Origin: Ylistrum balloti
Taxonomy: Eukaryota
Assembly (NCBI RefSeq): GCF_031769215.1
Contig: NW_026782949.1
Location: 1-64,000 of the forward strand
DNA: 64,000 nucleotides
Reading direction: 5' to 3'
Shown piece after piece: positions 11,601-24,040 of the stretch. The translations under genes and the position numbers were made by a program. Position 1 is the first letter of the stretch, and every line of letters begins with the position of its first letter. The notes beneath the pieces are model-generated. The model did no database searches. It worked only from the letters and a program-made list of their open reading frames with translations, and was not told where the DNA came from.

Positions 11601-14600
11601 CCACAATCATAACACAGAGGTGGTAAACTGACCTCAATCATAACACAGAGATGGTAACTGACCACAATCATAACACAGAAGTGGTAAACTGTCTACAATC
11701 ACAACACAGAAGTGGTAAACTGTCTACAATCATAACACAGAGGTGGTAAACTGTCTACAATCACAACACAGAAGTGGTAAACTGTCTACAATCACAACAC
11801 AGAAGTGGTAAACTGTCTACAATCATAACACAGAGGTGGTAAACTGACCACAATCATAACACAGAAGTGGTAAACTGTCTACAATCATAACACAGAGGTG
11901 GTAAACTGTCTACAATCATAACACAGAAGTGGTAAACTGTCTACAATCATAACACATAGGTGGTAAACTGACCACAATCATAACACATAGGTGGTAAACT
12001 GACCACAATCATAACACAGAGATGGTAACTGACCACAGTCATAACACAGAGATGGTAAACTGTCTACAATCATAACACAGAAGTGGTAAACTGTCTACAA
12101 TCACAACACAGAAGTGGTAAACTGTCTACAATCATAACACAGAGGTGGTAAACTGACCACAATCATAACACAGAAGTGGTAAACTGTCTACAATCATAAC
12201 ACAGAAGTGGTAAACTGTCTACAATCACAACACAGAAGTGGTAAACTGTCTACAATCATAACACATAGGTGGTAAACTGTCTACAATCATAACACAGAGG
12301 TGGTAAACTGTCTACAATCATAACACAGAGATGGTAACTGACCACAATCATAACACAGAGATGGTAAACTGTCTACAATCACAACACAGAAGTGGTAAAC
12401 TGTCTACAATCATAACACAGAAGTGGTAAACTGTCTACAATCATAACACAGAGGTGGTAAACTGTCTACAATCATAACACAGAGGTGGTAAACTGTCTAC
12501 AATCATAACACAGAGGTGGTAAACTGTCTACAATCATAACACAGAGGTGGTAAACTGACCACAATCATAACACAGAGGTGGTAAACTGACCACAATCATA
12601 ACACAGAGATGGTAAACTGACCACAATCATAACACAGAGGTGGTAAACTGACCACAATACAATCATAACACAGAGATGGTAAACTGACCACAATCATAAC
12701 ACAGAGGTGGTTAACTGTCTACAATCATAACACAGAGATGGTAAACTGACCACAATCATAACACAGAGATGGTAAACTGACCACAATCATAACACAGAGG
12801 TGGTAAACTGACCACAATCATAACACAGAGGTGGTAAACTGACCACAATCATAACACAGAGATGGTAAACTGACCACAATCATAACACAGAGATGGTAAA
12901 CTGACCACAATCATAACACAGAGGTGGTAAACTGTCTACAATCATAACACAGAGGTGGTAAACTGACCACAATCATAACACAGAGGTGGTTAACTGACCA
13001 CAATCATAACACAGAGGTGGTTAACTGACCACAATCATAACACAGAGGTGGTAAACTGACCACAATCATAACACAGAGGTGGTAAACTGACCACAATCAT
13101 AACACAGAGGTGGTTAACTGCCCATAATCATAACACAGAGTTGGTAAACTGACCACAATCATAACACAGAGGTGGTAAACTGACCAGAATCATAACACAG
13201 AGGTGGTTAACTGCCCATAATCATAACACAGAGGTGGTAAACTTACTACCATCATGATTTGAAGAAAAACATACAGAAACAATCACAACAAAAATTTACA
13301 AGGTTAAACCGAATAACTGGAAATCAGTATTGATAATCTTTCAGAACATATCAATTCCTACTGGTAGAAGATTTAAAGCGTTTTTCTCAGTAATGTTGTC
13401 ATACTTACGCCATAAGTATCTCTATTGTACGTTCAGAATCTTTCGCCTTTTTGGAATTCTTTCCTAGGACCAGACACTCGATGTTATGACACTGTTAACA
13501 AACACAACAAAGATAGATATTAAAAAATGAAGACTGTATTTTATACAGGTAGCAATACTTTATAATCTTTAAGTAAAACTTTGTAAATTATAGAAATTTA
13601 ATTGTTATAGCTTTAATCAAAATTTTGTTCCAATTGTAACTCTGGTAAATGCTAGCTGCAAAGTACCGCTAGGCTAGAGAGAACTCCTCTCTAGCTTGAT
13701 TGGTTGAGTGTCAGACTAGTGAGCCAGGGGTCTCAGGTTAAAATCCTAGCGGAGAGGAATAATGACTTCTTTTACACAATGCTAGTATTTGTTTTTATTG
13801 GTTATAGCACGAAACACACAAGAGGGAAACTTTTTTACAAAATATGCTCATGTTTATCATTTTAAGGTGTATGGTAATCTAAATATTTTGACCGAGTGAA
13901 TCTTGTAATAATTTTATCAATAGGACAGAAGTGCTGGATATGATTTACTTCAATCTGTAAAGACCTCCTACAGTTTGGTCTTTTGAGCCAGTACATTTAC
14001 ACAATAAGGACATGTGGTGTTTTGTGTAACATTCTGGTGACAGGCTTATGTTTACGTTTATTTATTTGCTGTTTCATCGCCCATTGAACAGCTAGGATGA
14101 TTTTGAGGTGAGGTTTCCTTGTGTACATGCAGTAGTTGATGGCTACTTTACTGATCAACATATGAGAGGCCCACCACATGTAATACAGGGTTAAAGGTCA
14201 TTTCAAAGAGAAAACTACTACCTCGAATCCTACAAGTAAGATCCTGACTTGGGATTCCATAGTGAAATTCTCTATCCATGTATTAACATCTATCTAAAAT
14301 TCTCTAGGATACACTAAACAAGTTACAACATCAGCCATAGATCACAATTCTAAACAAGGGAAATAATCCTTGCGTTACCTTTTGATAAGCTCTGATGGCC
14401 TTCTCTGTAGCACTGCCAGACAGATGTACTGAGGCAATGAGTTTGTATGTATCAGAAACCTGTTCTGAGTAATCTCCGTAAGCTTCACACTTTCCGGGCA
14501 GACTGGAGCGCAAGATACTCAAGGATTCCTGGGAACACAAATTAACAGTGACTTTTTCGTTTAGATAATTCAAACCAAGAATAAAATTGTTCAAAATTAT

Positions 14601-17600
14601 CCAGCTTTAAAAAAATCACTGTAATTAATCAAAATTATCAAGAATTTCTCAGCAGTTTACACTATCCAAAATCAACTTCAGATACTTAGAATACATTAAG
14701 CAAAATGTTTTTAATAGCATTTTCAAGCACTTGCCAATACTCACTTTTTAGTGCATTCTACAAACCACCTATATTTGAACTCTTTTCACACTTAGAACAC
14801 CTCCCATTCTCAGTTTTACATTTGTTTAATTTTTCTCAGTTGTCTCATAGATTTCAACAATAAATCCCCTAGCATCAGGCCCTTTACTAATCCTAAAAAG
14901 ACGGCACAGTTGAATGATGTAGTTTATTCCTTGTTTGGTTATTTATGCAGTGTATCAAATTCTAAATTTGAATAGAAAATAGCAATCCACTTGTGTACAA
15001 TAATGTCAGAATTATTTGTTTGAGTGAACTCTCCTTTCTGTGTGATGACAGTAGAGAGTAAACCAGTCCTCTGTAGACACAACTATCACAAGTGTAAATT
15101 CTACCAAAGACTAAATAACTCCTGCCTTCACTCCTTATGATATCCAAATTTTAGATCCTACAGGTTTTCGCTTTGGTTGTTGCCAAAATAGTGCTTTGAA
15201 AGTCTTGCCCACTGTTTTTATTATCTTTATACAAATATCTTGAATATATCTTGTGCCTATCCTTATCTTGATTTTAAAAAATGCCTCTGAAGCAACAAAG
15301 ATATTTAAGAATTTAATCAGTCAATCCTATTCAATTTTTTACATGACACACAATAGATATTTTGAATGAGTCTTCATTCTTTTCCAGACTATTTACCTCT
15401 TGCCTGTCAACACGGACCAGTAGTCGTGCTAATTCATCCATGACTTCCAATGTTTTCTTGTGATTAGAACCATGACACGTCTGACAAATTGCTAGACATT
15501 CATTTAAATATTTTTCTGCCACTCCTGATAAAACACACAAATAATACACATTAAAGAGACAGAAAAAAATAACTTGGAATGATTATCTTAGGGTGTGAAT
15601 TTGTTGCATGAGTTTGTTATACAAACTACAAACAACATTTATATCTGTTACACCTCTGAGTCACCCTTCTGGTACCTCAATTAAACATTGTGATATATCG
15701 TAATTGTAATAAATGTAGATTTTGCATAATTGTGTTTTTATCAAATTGGAATGGATGGTCATTTATAAAAAAATTAATTCTCCAGAACATTTATTGTTAA
15801 CTATATCAGTTTTTCCGGTTCTTCAAGACTGCCAAATAAATTGATGCAAAAAATATATCTTAGACATCTTTATTTTTCTAGATTCATGCCATTCACAAAT
15901 CTGCTAAAATCTCAAGGACGCTAAAAAAGTCCAATTTACACTACGAGATATATAGACTAATTTACCAACTTCCTAGTCAGCCAACACTGGATTGTACAGA
16001 AACATGCCTGATCACACGCATATATCATGGTATCAATTACAAGAGCTTTCAGGATCCAGACTCCCAGCAACCTTCTCCCAAAGTTCACTATCTTACAATC
16101 TACTTAGATTACCACTATATTACCTTCAGCTTCCTCCCTTCCAGTTTGAGAATAGGCCCTTGCTAAACTAAGAGCAGTATCCATAGTAACAAGGTTTTCT
16201 TCATGGTAACTAAAATGAAAAAATATGTTTTCATATGTTTTGTATAATTTTTAGGGGAAATAAACAGCGATTTATATCATCCAAAAGTTCAAGCAGAATT
16301 TTGACTGGAATATGTAGTGCAAATTATTGAAATATGGATTCTAAAGAATAACATTTGTTGTGGAAACTTTTTTGAGTTCCTTATTTCAATCCTATAAAGA
16401 TAAATGTATGTCATGTGTAAGAGAGAATTTGCTCTTTAGCAATATATCATTATTGCCTGCTTGCAGTGTGTACCTTTTTAAATGACAGTGTATCTTATAA
16501 TTAAACTTTTGCTAAGAATCAATCAACACCCTTTGTCTGAAACTTTACCTACATTTTTTTTCAACTTTCAGGAAAATGTAAAAATCATCCTATCATACAA
16601 ATGTTTGTGTAGAACAGTAAATTATAACACTTACTTGGCACCTGCAATAGAGTGGGCTTGTAGGTACATCTCTATGGCTTTGTCATGGTTTGCATGTCGA
16701 CCTTTACTCTGTTCCAGGTGGCTACCGTTAAGGATGAATCAACCTTGTCAGTCATTGTATTTTAATTTTCACATTTTACATATCTTCGGCATAGATTAAA
16801 TTACGTAATGTGGCAACTTAATATTAAATTTCAAATTTCTGGATTTACATTAGATGATAGTAATTCTGTGTAACCATTAGGAATGTGTAGTGTGCAGAAT
16901 TTGAAGATATACATTTTGGTTTGTTTGGATATTCAAAAATTACTGTTGTGTTAACACTTGATTTTGTGGATAAATATAGAACAATATATCTATTTATGCT
17001 TATCTTAAAAGTCAGGTGAAATAAGAGTTTGTGGATTAAGAGAACCAACAAAATTAATGAAAATAAATCTCTCACAAAAACCATAGATTTTACAGTAGGA
17101 TAAGAATTAATATGAGAAATATCTAAACCAAAGATCCCAGAAAGATCATGGCGACCATTTAGCTCTTTATCAGTTGGATCTTTTTTTCTCTTCTATTGAA
17201 ACAAATGTACAGATCAAGGATCCCAGGTGAATTTACGTAGAAAATTTGAGAAAGATCCATCAAATACTTCTAAAGAAGTATTGATTAAAAACTTTTAAAT
17301 TCAACTGTTTGCCATTTTCTAGTCTGTCCCAAAACTGAACATGCACAAATAGGGGTTAAGGAGAGATATGATATTTGACAAGGATCCATCTTTTAGTTCT
17401 TTAGAGAAAATTCTGACTTGCTAAAGAAAACAGAAAATGTGTATAGGAAATGAATGCCACAAACCAAAATCTTATCAGATGGAGAAGCTGCCATTATGAT
17501 ATCACAGTGTAATTATATACCAATCCTGTTGAGAGGTTTTCAAGACATTAATTCCAAACGAGACAAAAGAATAAACAGTAACAGTGTATCCAACCCTTAT

Positions 17601-20600
17601 CCAACTAAAATGATTCATTGTAATTATAAGGATATCTGTCCATTTTCCTGGTAAACAGGCACCAATTCCATACTGTCTTTGCCATAGTGAGCCTCCATCT
17701 GGTCCAGTAGTTTGTCATACTGGCTGCTGGCAAGGGCATGCTTCTTTTGTTTCCAATAAAGTCTACAAAACAATAAAAATGTATATCAAGTCTATGTGTT
17801 TATCTTCCAATTCTATGACAAATAATCAAATTTCATTAGCCAATTGTGATGGGCAAAGGAGACAACTCCTAATGATAATTAATTACCAGGTCTATATGGT
17901 AGTCATGTATTCATCAAGGACTATAGTAAGACTAGAAGTTTAAAGTAAAGGTTGAAACTGTCGAAGGCGAGATACCATTTGTTAGTTATTATTTTCACTG
18001 AACAGCAACATACAATGGTGAATGTATTTCATATGTATGGTATAATGTAAAACAATGAAAGCAGTCCACCACCCCATGAGCCCGCTATCACCAGACCCAG
18101 CTGAACCAGCGAGAGAAATGCCAGGCACAGGGGACTGATGCTGAATTGTGGAATATTTGGCACATGTGGTTTAAGGGTGTAAACATTCCTGTCTGAGACT
18201 AACTGGTTGAATATAATTTGTTTTTCGAGTTTCAGCAAGGTTGATGCCATAAATATTTTGAAAAATATACAGTACAGGGTTAGCTGAAACATAGTTTACT
18301 ATTGGTTCACTGTTAAATGTTTGACAGAAAATTCTGAAACTGTACACTTTGACCTTTACAAGTAACAATTCAACCATACTTAACAAGTGTGTTCATTTAT
18401 AAAGAAATACATATGTGCCAACTGGACCTTTTCTGTCAAGTTACACAAAAGCAGTCTGAGGTAGTGAAATGTATTGAGAGACACTCCGGCAAATACCCAT
18501 AAATAAAAAATAGGACACGAAAACCTCACAACTTCTTGATAATAATCCCATACAAAATTTGACAGCTGTTTCTGTATCAATTCTGAAATAAGCCTAGGGA
18601 GCAAGCACACAATCTGACTTGAAATAAGGCCATGACATATTAAGCAGACATTGTAGATGAAGTATTGTGTAGTGGCATGCTACCAATGAAGTGGCTGACA
18701 GAGCATCAAGTTTTAGAAAGTGAGCAGGTGGAAAAGTTGGATTTCACAAAACCAGGCGGTCATGTTTATTTCAACAGAATTCAGTTTTATATAAGCTGGT
18801 GGACACCTCACTGAAAATACTGTGGAAGGCACAGGACATCAGGGAAAAATGTCAGACTGGAAACCCTAATCAGGACAGTCTGTGATCTTGTTTTCTGCAA
18901 ACCAAAAACCTCCATGGTTCATTATACTGTAATGTTACCTTGCTTTAGCATGTGAAATATCAATTTCCATTTCATCACATTCATCCTGAGTCACACATGA
19001 CATCTTGAAAATGTCGGCAAGAAATTTATCTGCCTTGGAGAGGATCTGTTCAGCTTCTGGATACTTCTTCAAAGAGGTCAAGGCCCGACCTTTAGTGTAA
19101 TAGAGTCTGAACAAAACAGTGTAAACATTGGCTTTCTCTGTCTCCGTGGTAATCATTGGCGGGGAGTTAAGGAGAATAGCTTTACCGTTGTCTGTGTGAT
19201 AATCAGCCTGTGCAGCGTATGCTGTAACATAATCACAAAGATATGATGCAGCAATTTCATTTTGTGTCACACTTCAACTGAATTCATACATTTATTAATG
19301 CCCATTCATCTTCATATCTTTACACATATACAAAACAAAGACAGGAAATCACCATGTTGTTGGTCTATATTGTTTGGAATGAGATGAAAAGTACTTATAT
19401 CTGTACATAGGAGGGTTCACTATCAGGTATATATTTATTGTAAAATAAATTAAGGCATTAAAATGAAAACTCATATGCAATTTACCCTAGGAAGATTGTA
19501 GATCTGATGTAATCTTAAATTAAGATTTTATGAAAGAAAAAATCCAGAAAAACATTTTTATTGTAAAAACTGGACAAGATTTTTAATGTTCCTCACATTT
19601 GTGATCAAGGTAGGCCTCTGCCAAATCAGCGTAACACTGAGCCAGTCTCCAGTTGTCAGCACCATGGACCATCCTGGCATATGCTATACACTTGACATAT
19701 TCTTGGATTCCTTTGTCTACCTGTAGTAATTAGAAGTTAAACGAGACAGTAAGGTATAAACTGTCAGAATTATTTTCCTGAGTGAACTCTCCTTTCTGTG
19801 TGACGGCAGTAGAGAGTAAACCAGTCATCTGTAGACTCAACTATCAAAGTGTAAATTCTACCAACGACTAAATAACTCCTGCCTTCACTCCTTGTGATAA
19901 CCAAAGTTTCTATCTTACATGTTATGTTAATAATAGTTTTAACATAAATTTTAGTGATGCATTAAAATGATTTTCTTTCAGAATATTGTAATATAATTAA
20001 AATCCAATTCATATATTCATATATTCAAAATGTCACATTATACCAGGACCCTAATAACAATATAGGTAGCCCCTCACCTTGCCCTGTTCAAGGAATTTGT
20101 TAGCCTTCTTTGTGGAACTCTTCAGCAGGCGATCTGGAGGTGTTGTATTAACCTTCTTGCGTCCGTTTTTTGGTCTATGCGTAATGTGTGATGTGCGAGG
20201 TGCTTCCTCCATCATCTCTTCATTCTCATCATCCATACTGAAGGTGGAAGATGACATTTGTTAAGATATCAGACTCTAAACCAAAACATACCTTGGTGCC
20301 AGGCTAATGTTAATTGGAAATGCTATAGAGTCCATCATAAATTATCAGTTAAAATCAGGTAGAACTTTCAATTTTTATGTAGTTACTCCTCAATTACATC
20401 ATAGACTATTAACTGTTTGTTCAATATACACTGAAGTACACTCTCTAATACAGTGATATTACTTTTTTCTAATACTTTAACCTAAAATGTTTAACTTGCC
20501 TAAAGTAGATTTGCATAAGAGTGAAATGTTTATAGGTTTGGAAACACTTGGTATGTTTTAGGTGTATTTCATTTCTGGAGGTATAGTGTTGTTCTGAAGG

Positions 20601-21344
20601 GATGTTTCAGTTCTAGTGGTCTATTTTAGTTCTGTAGATATGTTAAGTTGTGGAGGTGTGTTCTGGAGGAACATTATAGTTTTAGAGTAGAAGGGATGTT
20701 TCAGTTCTTCTAGTGGTGTTCTAGAGGTCAGATTTATTTTAGTTCGAGTGTTAGTTCTAGAGGTATGTTCTGGAGGAGTTGTGGCAGCAGGTCAGATTTA
20801 GTTTGGAGGAGAATTTAGTTTGGAGCGAGTGTTAGTTCTAGAGGTCAGATTTAGTTCCGGAGGAGAATTTTAGTTCTGGAAGCGAGTGTTAGTTCTAGAG
20901 GTCAGATTTAGTTCTGGAGGAGAATTATAGTTCTGGAAGCGAGTGTTAGTTCTAGAGGTCAGATTTAGTTCTGGAGGAGAATTATAGTTCTGGAAGCGAG
21001 TGTTAGTTCTAGAGGTCAGATTTAGTTCCGGAGGAGAATTTTAGTTCTGGAAGCGAGTGTTAGTTCTAGAGGTCAGAGGTGTTCCGGAGGAGAATTCTAA
21101 TGCGTTAGAGAATTAATCGCAACAAGAACAAGTGTCACCAGTTAGTGGGTACTTTACTTAATTGTCTATTAGTTTCGCCTCTATTCGAGGCTTCATCAGG
21201 AACTTTAACCAGAAGATGTATAATGATAAGTAACAAATCTTACTCTTCATCATAGTCATCTGAGTAATCATCTTCATCATCATCGTTATGCTGACTTCGC
21301 TGGGTTTTTGGTGTTCTTGGTGTCTTGAGCAAGGTCCTGCCCAT
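8606..21344 (-). CDS. TTC23: Tetratricopeptide repeat protein 23-like (TTC23/TTC23L family), 11 coding exons, ~477 aa from Met 21344
   Basis: Minus-strand exons 21344-21244, 20237-20078, 19720-19597, 19221-18939, 17762-17636, 16717-16635, 16209-16124, 15524-15397, 14528-14379, 13491-13409, 8714-8606 join in phase without stops. Peptides GIQEYVKCIAYARMVHGADNWRLAQCYADLAEAYL and LVPVYQENGQLEQ..HDKAIEMYLQAHSI resemble TTC23 as recalled. The true start is uncertain (alternative ATG at 21567). Confidence 0.82.
9101..13250. repeat. 31-bp minisatellite array (~134 copies, ~4.1 kb) in the last intron of TTC23-like
   Basis: Unit GGTGGTAAACTG(AC/TC)(C/T)ACAATCATAACACAGA with recurring sequence variants. 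Confidence 0.98.
13655..13755 (+). mobile_element. tRNA-like SINE-type repeat with conserved 5' extension; related copies at ~24555-24670 (-), ~24790-24885 (-), ~29115-29175 (+), ~29205-29285 (-)
   Basis: A-box-like TAGCTTGATTGG and B-box-like GGTTAAAATCC. Copies share an upstream ctaggctagagagaact-type segment. Confidence 0.5.
15004..15165 (-). ncRNA. Duplicated intronic segment, copy 1 (candidate snoRNA/scaRNA-like RNA)
   Basis: Nearly identical, same-orientation copy at ~19762-19925. Host strand has an ACTCTC..GAGAGT hairpin and a terminal ATAATTCTGAC (box D-like CTGA). No canonical box C found. Confidence 0.3.
16718..17635 (-). other. U12-type AT-AC intron (918 bp)
   Basis: 5' site |ATATCCTT at 17635, branch TCCTTAAC at 16734-16727, 3' AC| at 16719-16718. 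The junction GGA CAG|CTG GAA keeps the frame. Confidence 0.92.
19762..19925 (-). ncRNA. Duplicated intronic segment, copy 2 (candidate snoRNA/scaRNA-like RNA)
   Basis: Paralog of 15004-15165. The CTGA end lies ~45 nt upstream of the acceptor at 19721. Confidence 0.3.
20745..21090. repeat. 57-bp tandem repeat (~5 copies) built from TAGTTCT sub-repeats
   Basis: GCGAGTGTTAG recurs at 20825, 20882 and 20939, preceded by degenerate TAGTTCT-rich sequence from ~20580. Confidence 0.85.
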
Positions 21345-23739
21345 GCTCTGGATATCATTCTAATCGTGGTGGCAGCACGTTTTAGATTTAATTTTGGAGC
21401 TGACCTCCGACCTTGTGTCATCATAGTCATCTGTAATCATCTTCATCATCATGGCCTTTTGGTCCAAGCATCCGACCTTGTGTCCGTGATGATGGCCTTT
21501 TGGTTCTTTTAACCTCAATGACCATTGGCCGGCCTTCCTCTGCTGAATAATCTTCTTCTTCGGACATGCTTTCTCTGTTAGGATTATCTGATTTGTTGTT
21601 TTTGTTTTTTTCTTCTTCAATTATTCTGCTTTTTCAGTGCTTTAGTCAACTTCTTCTCACCTGTAAAGAACCAATTTGTTAAGTTTGTCAATTGTCAGTT
21701 TTTAATACAGAATAAATTTTAGGGAAATTGTTATTACATGGAAAAGAATGCATGAATATATTAACATAATTCAGTTTTTACGTTTGTTCACCGTCATGTG
21801 AAGTCATTCAAGTCCCTTCTCTATCATGGTATTTACCTATGCCTCATTAAATAGTGTAGACTTTGCATAAACCAGCAAGCTGACCAGAGCCATTTTGTCC
21901 GTCAGTTAGAAGTGAATCATTTTTGTAACAAAATATGTACCAATTAATTAAAGTATTATATTACAAAACTTACATGAATCAGAAAATTAATGCCATTTAT
22001 TTAAGGATTACTTTCTCCACAGTTTGGACTGAAAACGGTTTACAAAAATAGGGTGTGATTTCAGCTGTAAATACCTTAAACATGCACTCCTGTTTTATAA
22101 ATATTAAAGTTAATATTATTTGTTTTGTCACAAAAGTCAGCACAATTAGTTTTGAAAATATCAAGCTTCCTACTGCTGTTTATTTTGAAAAGATTATTAA
22201 TGTATTTTGGGGGGAAATAGTTTATAAGCACAGCAATGCTAGCTAAATCACATTTGTTTGCTTCAGAGTTAAAATGAGACACAGGCAGATTCTTATCTCT
22301 CTTAAATTCAAATTCCTGTTTATACTTATGTAAAAGGGGAGGGGTGAATGTTTACAGTGTACATACAAATGTATGACACATAAAGCACTATTATCTGATG
22401 AAGTCAGCTGATTTTTGTGCGTGTCTTGTACTTGAAGATCTCAGGATGCTCTGCAGGAATTTGTTTTTTCCAAATCTGTGTGTTACTCTTCGTGAACTTT
22501 GGTAAATCAAAACTATTTCTTTTGTTCAAATACGGAAGGTTTTCTTTTGGATAATACCTAAAGGAGGCTGACAAGACAGATGTCTATCAAAAATTTAAAG
22601 ATTTTTACTCATTGCAGTAACTCTCTCTCAAATACATGATAAATTTGTCACATGTCAAGTTGTGCCCAGCATGATTATTATAATGATAATGAGAAATGCA
22701 ATTCATTTCTTGAAATTACATATATAGTGAAACCCATAACTGCGTAACATGAACATTTATTTTATTTTTGAAGTGCGATGGTGATCTTGGCGTTGTATAG
22801 AAAAATATGTACAATATCACTAATTTTTTGTCATTACGTGTATTACATTACATGCGAAGAATGTCAGATAAACTAGCTGGTATTATAATGAAGAGCGCTT
22901 ATATAAGAATAAGCAAATCAAAGCCTACCATTTTTATTGGTATAATTATTTGAACAGCTCTTAATTAACAATTATTATGATCAAAGATATATGTCATACT
23001 CATATTGATGATGTATATATATAGACAGTGAGAAAAATATGTTTTTTCTAATAAACATGTAAATTTTATGAGGAAATGCGTAATTAACTGAATTGGATGG
23101 ATACTATTTATTTATTCAATATAGATAAATATATTTCTATCCTACTTTAATACAACATGTCAATGAAACCTGTTTTTTCTAATTTTTGTAAGAGCATTTT
23201 ATCATTTCGTTATATATGTTATCAACATATATAACTAGATATTGAAAAATGGGGCTTTGATGAAGAAATATATTCCTCATTGCAGAGCCTGACAACACTC
23301 TTATTTCTTTTACTTCAGAATAGTTAAGAGTTCTGCATTATAATCTGGCATTATATGTCAGGTGCTTGTAAGTTCCTCTCCTTCATGGCGCATTTCAATA
23401 CTTTTCATTCGATCAATCAGAATGATATTTTGGATGATGTTAGATATTTAAGTCAAATGAATCATGCAAACAGTATGTAAAAATATCAATAAATGAATTG
23501 CTGGGCGTAAACCGGTCCAATGGCATCAATTCTTTCCATGACAAATAATATGCCTTTATAACCAGATTCAAGACAGTTTATCGGTTTTTCCATTCTCTAC
23601 TGTTCTAAATGCAATTTTCCCTTCTGCATCTCTCAAATACCTGGTTTCAGAATAGTAAAAATCAACTCTTTTGTTATACAAGCAAAACGATAAGTCAAAG
23701 TATATTAATCACCATATTTCGACGAGTCTCTCAGTAGTT

Positions 23740-24040
23740 TGTTTACGCTGTCGCCATGTTTTCTCGTTTAAAAAATACTCTCAAAATGCATTCAATGTTT
23801 TTAACCGCTAATTAGATAAGTGATTGATCAAAATATGTGTTTGTATAATATGTTACGTTTTAGCATTTTACAAACATAAGGTGGCATTTATATTCAAAAT
23901 TTGTTGGAAATACATATTTGTATATAAAGCGTTTAGAGAGTATATATAGCATCACACGAGCGTTTGAAACTTAAGGCCGGGCACTTGTCAACGACACATT
24001 GCAATCAACGTGGATTCATTGGCAAGCATGGCGGCTTCCC
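23740..24040. promoter_or_regulatory. Probable bidirectional promoter between TTC23-like (-) and WDR61 (+)
   Basis: Divergent gene orientation. YY1-like CATGGCG motifs on the minus strand (~23752-23762, AACATGGCGAC) and plus strand (24027, overlapping the WDR61 ATG), with a local rise in CpG. Confidence 0.45.

Noticed and set aside
3741-13250. 44-bp and 31-bp arrays as CRISPR arrays
   Set aside because: The units abut without unique spacers, no cas genes are present, and the context is eukaryotic and intronic.
13685-13750. Functional tRNA gene
   Set aside because: Degenerate B-box and stems, and divergent dispersed copies, indicate a repeat rather than a tRNA gene.
17630-17640. 'Mutated' splice donor implying TTC23-like is a pseudogene
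   Set aside because: The AT start is a perfect U12 donor with a matching branch site and AC acceptor.
22430-23650. Extra coding exons upstream of TTC23-like
   Set aside because: Exon-like stretches contain stops in the frames examined and show no recognisable homology. At most they are 5' UTR exons.
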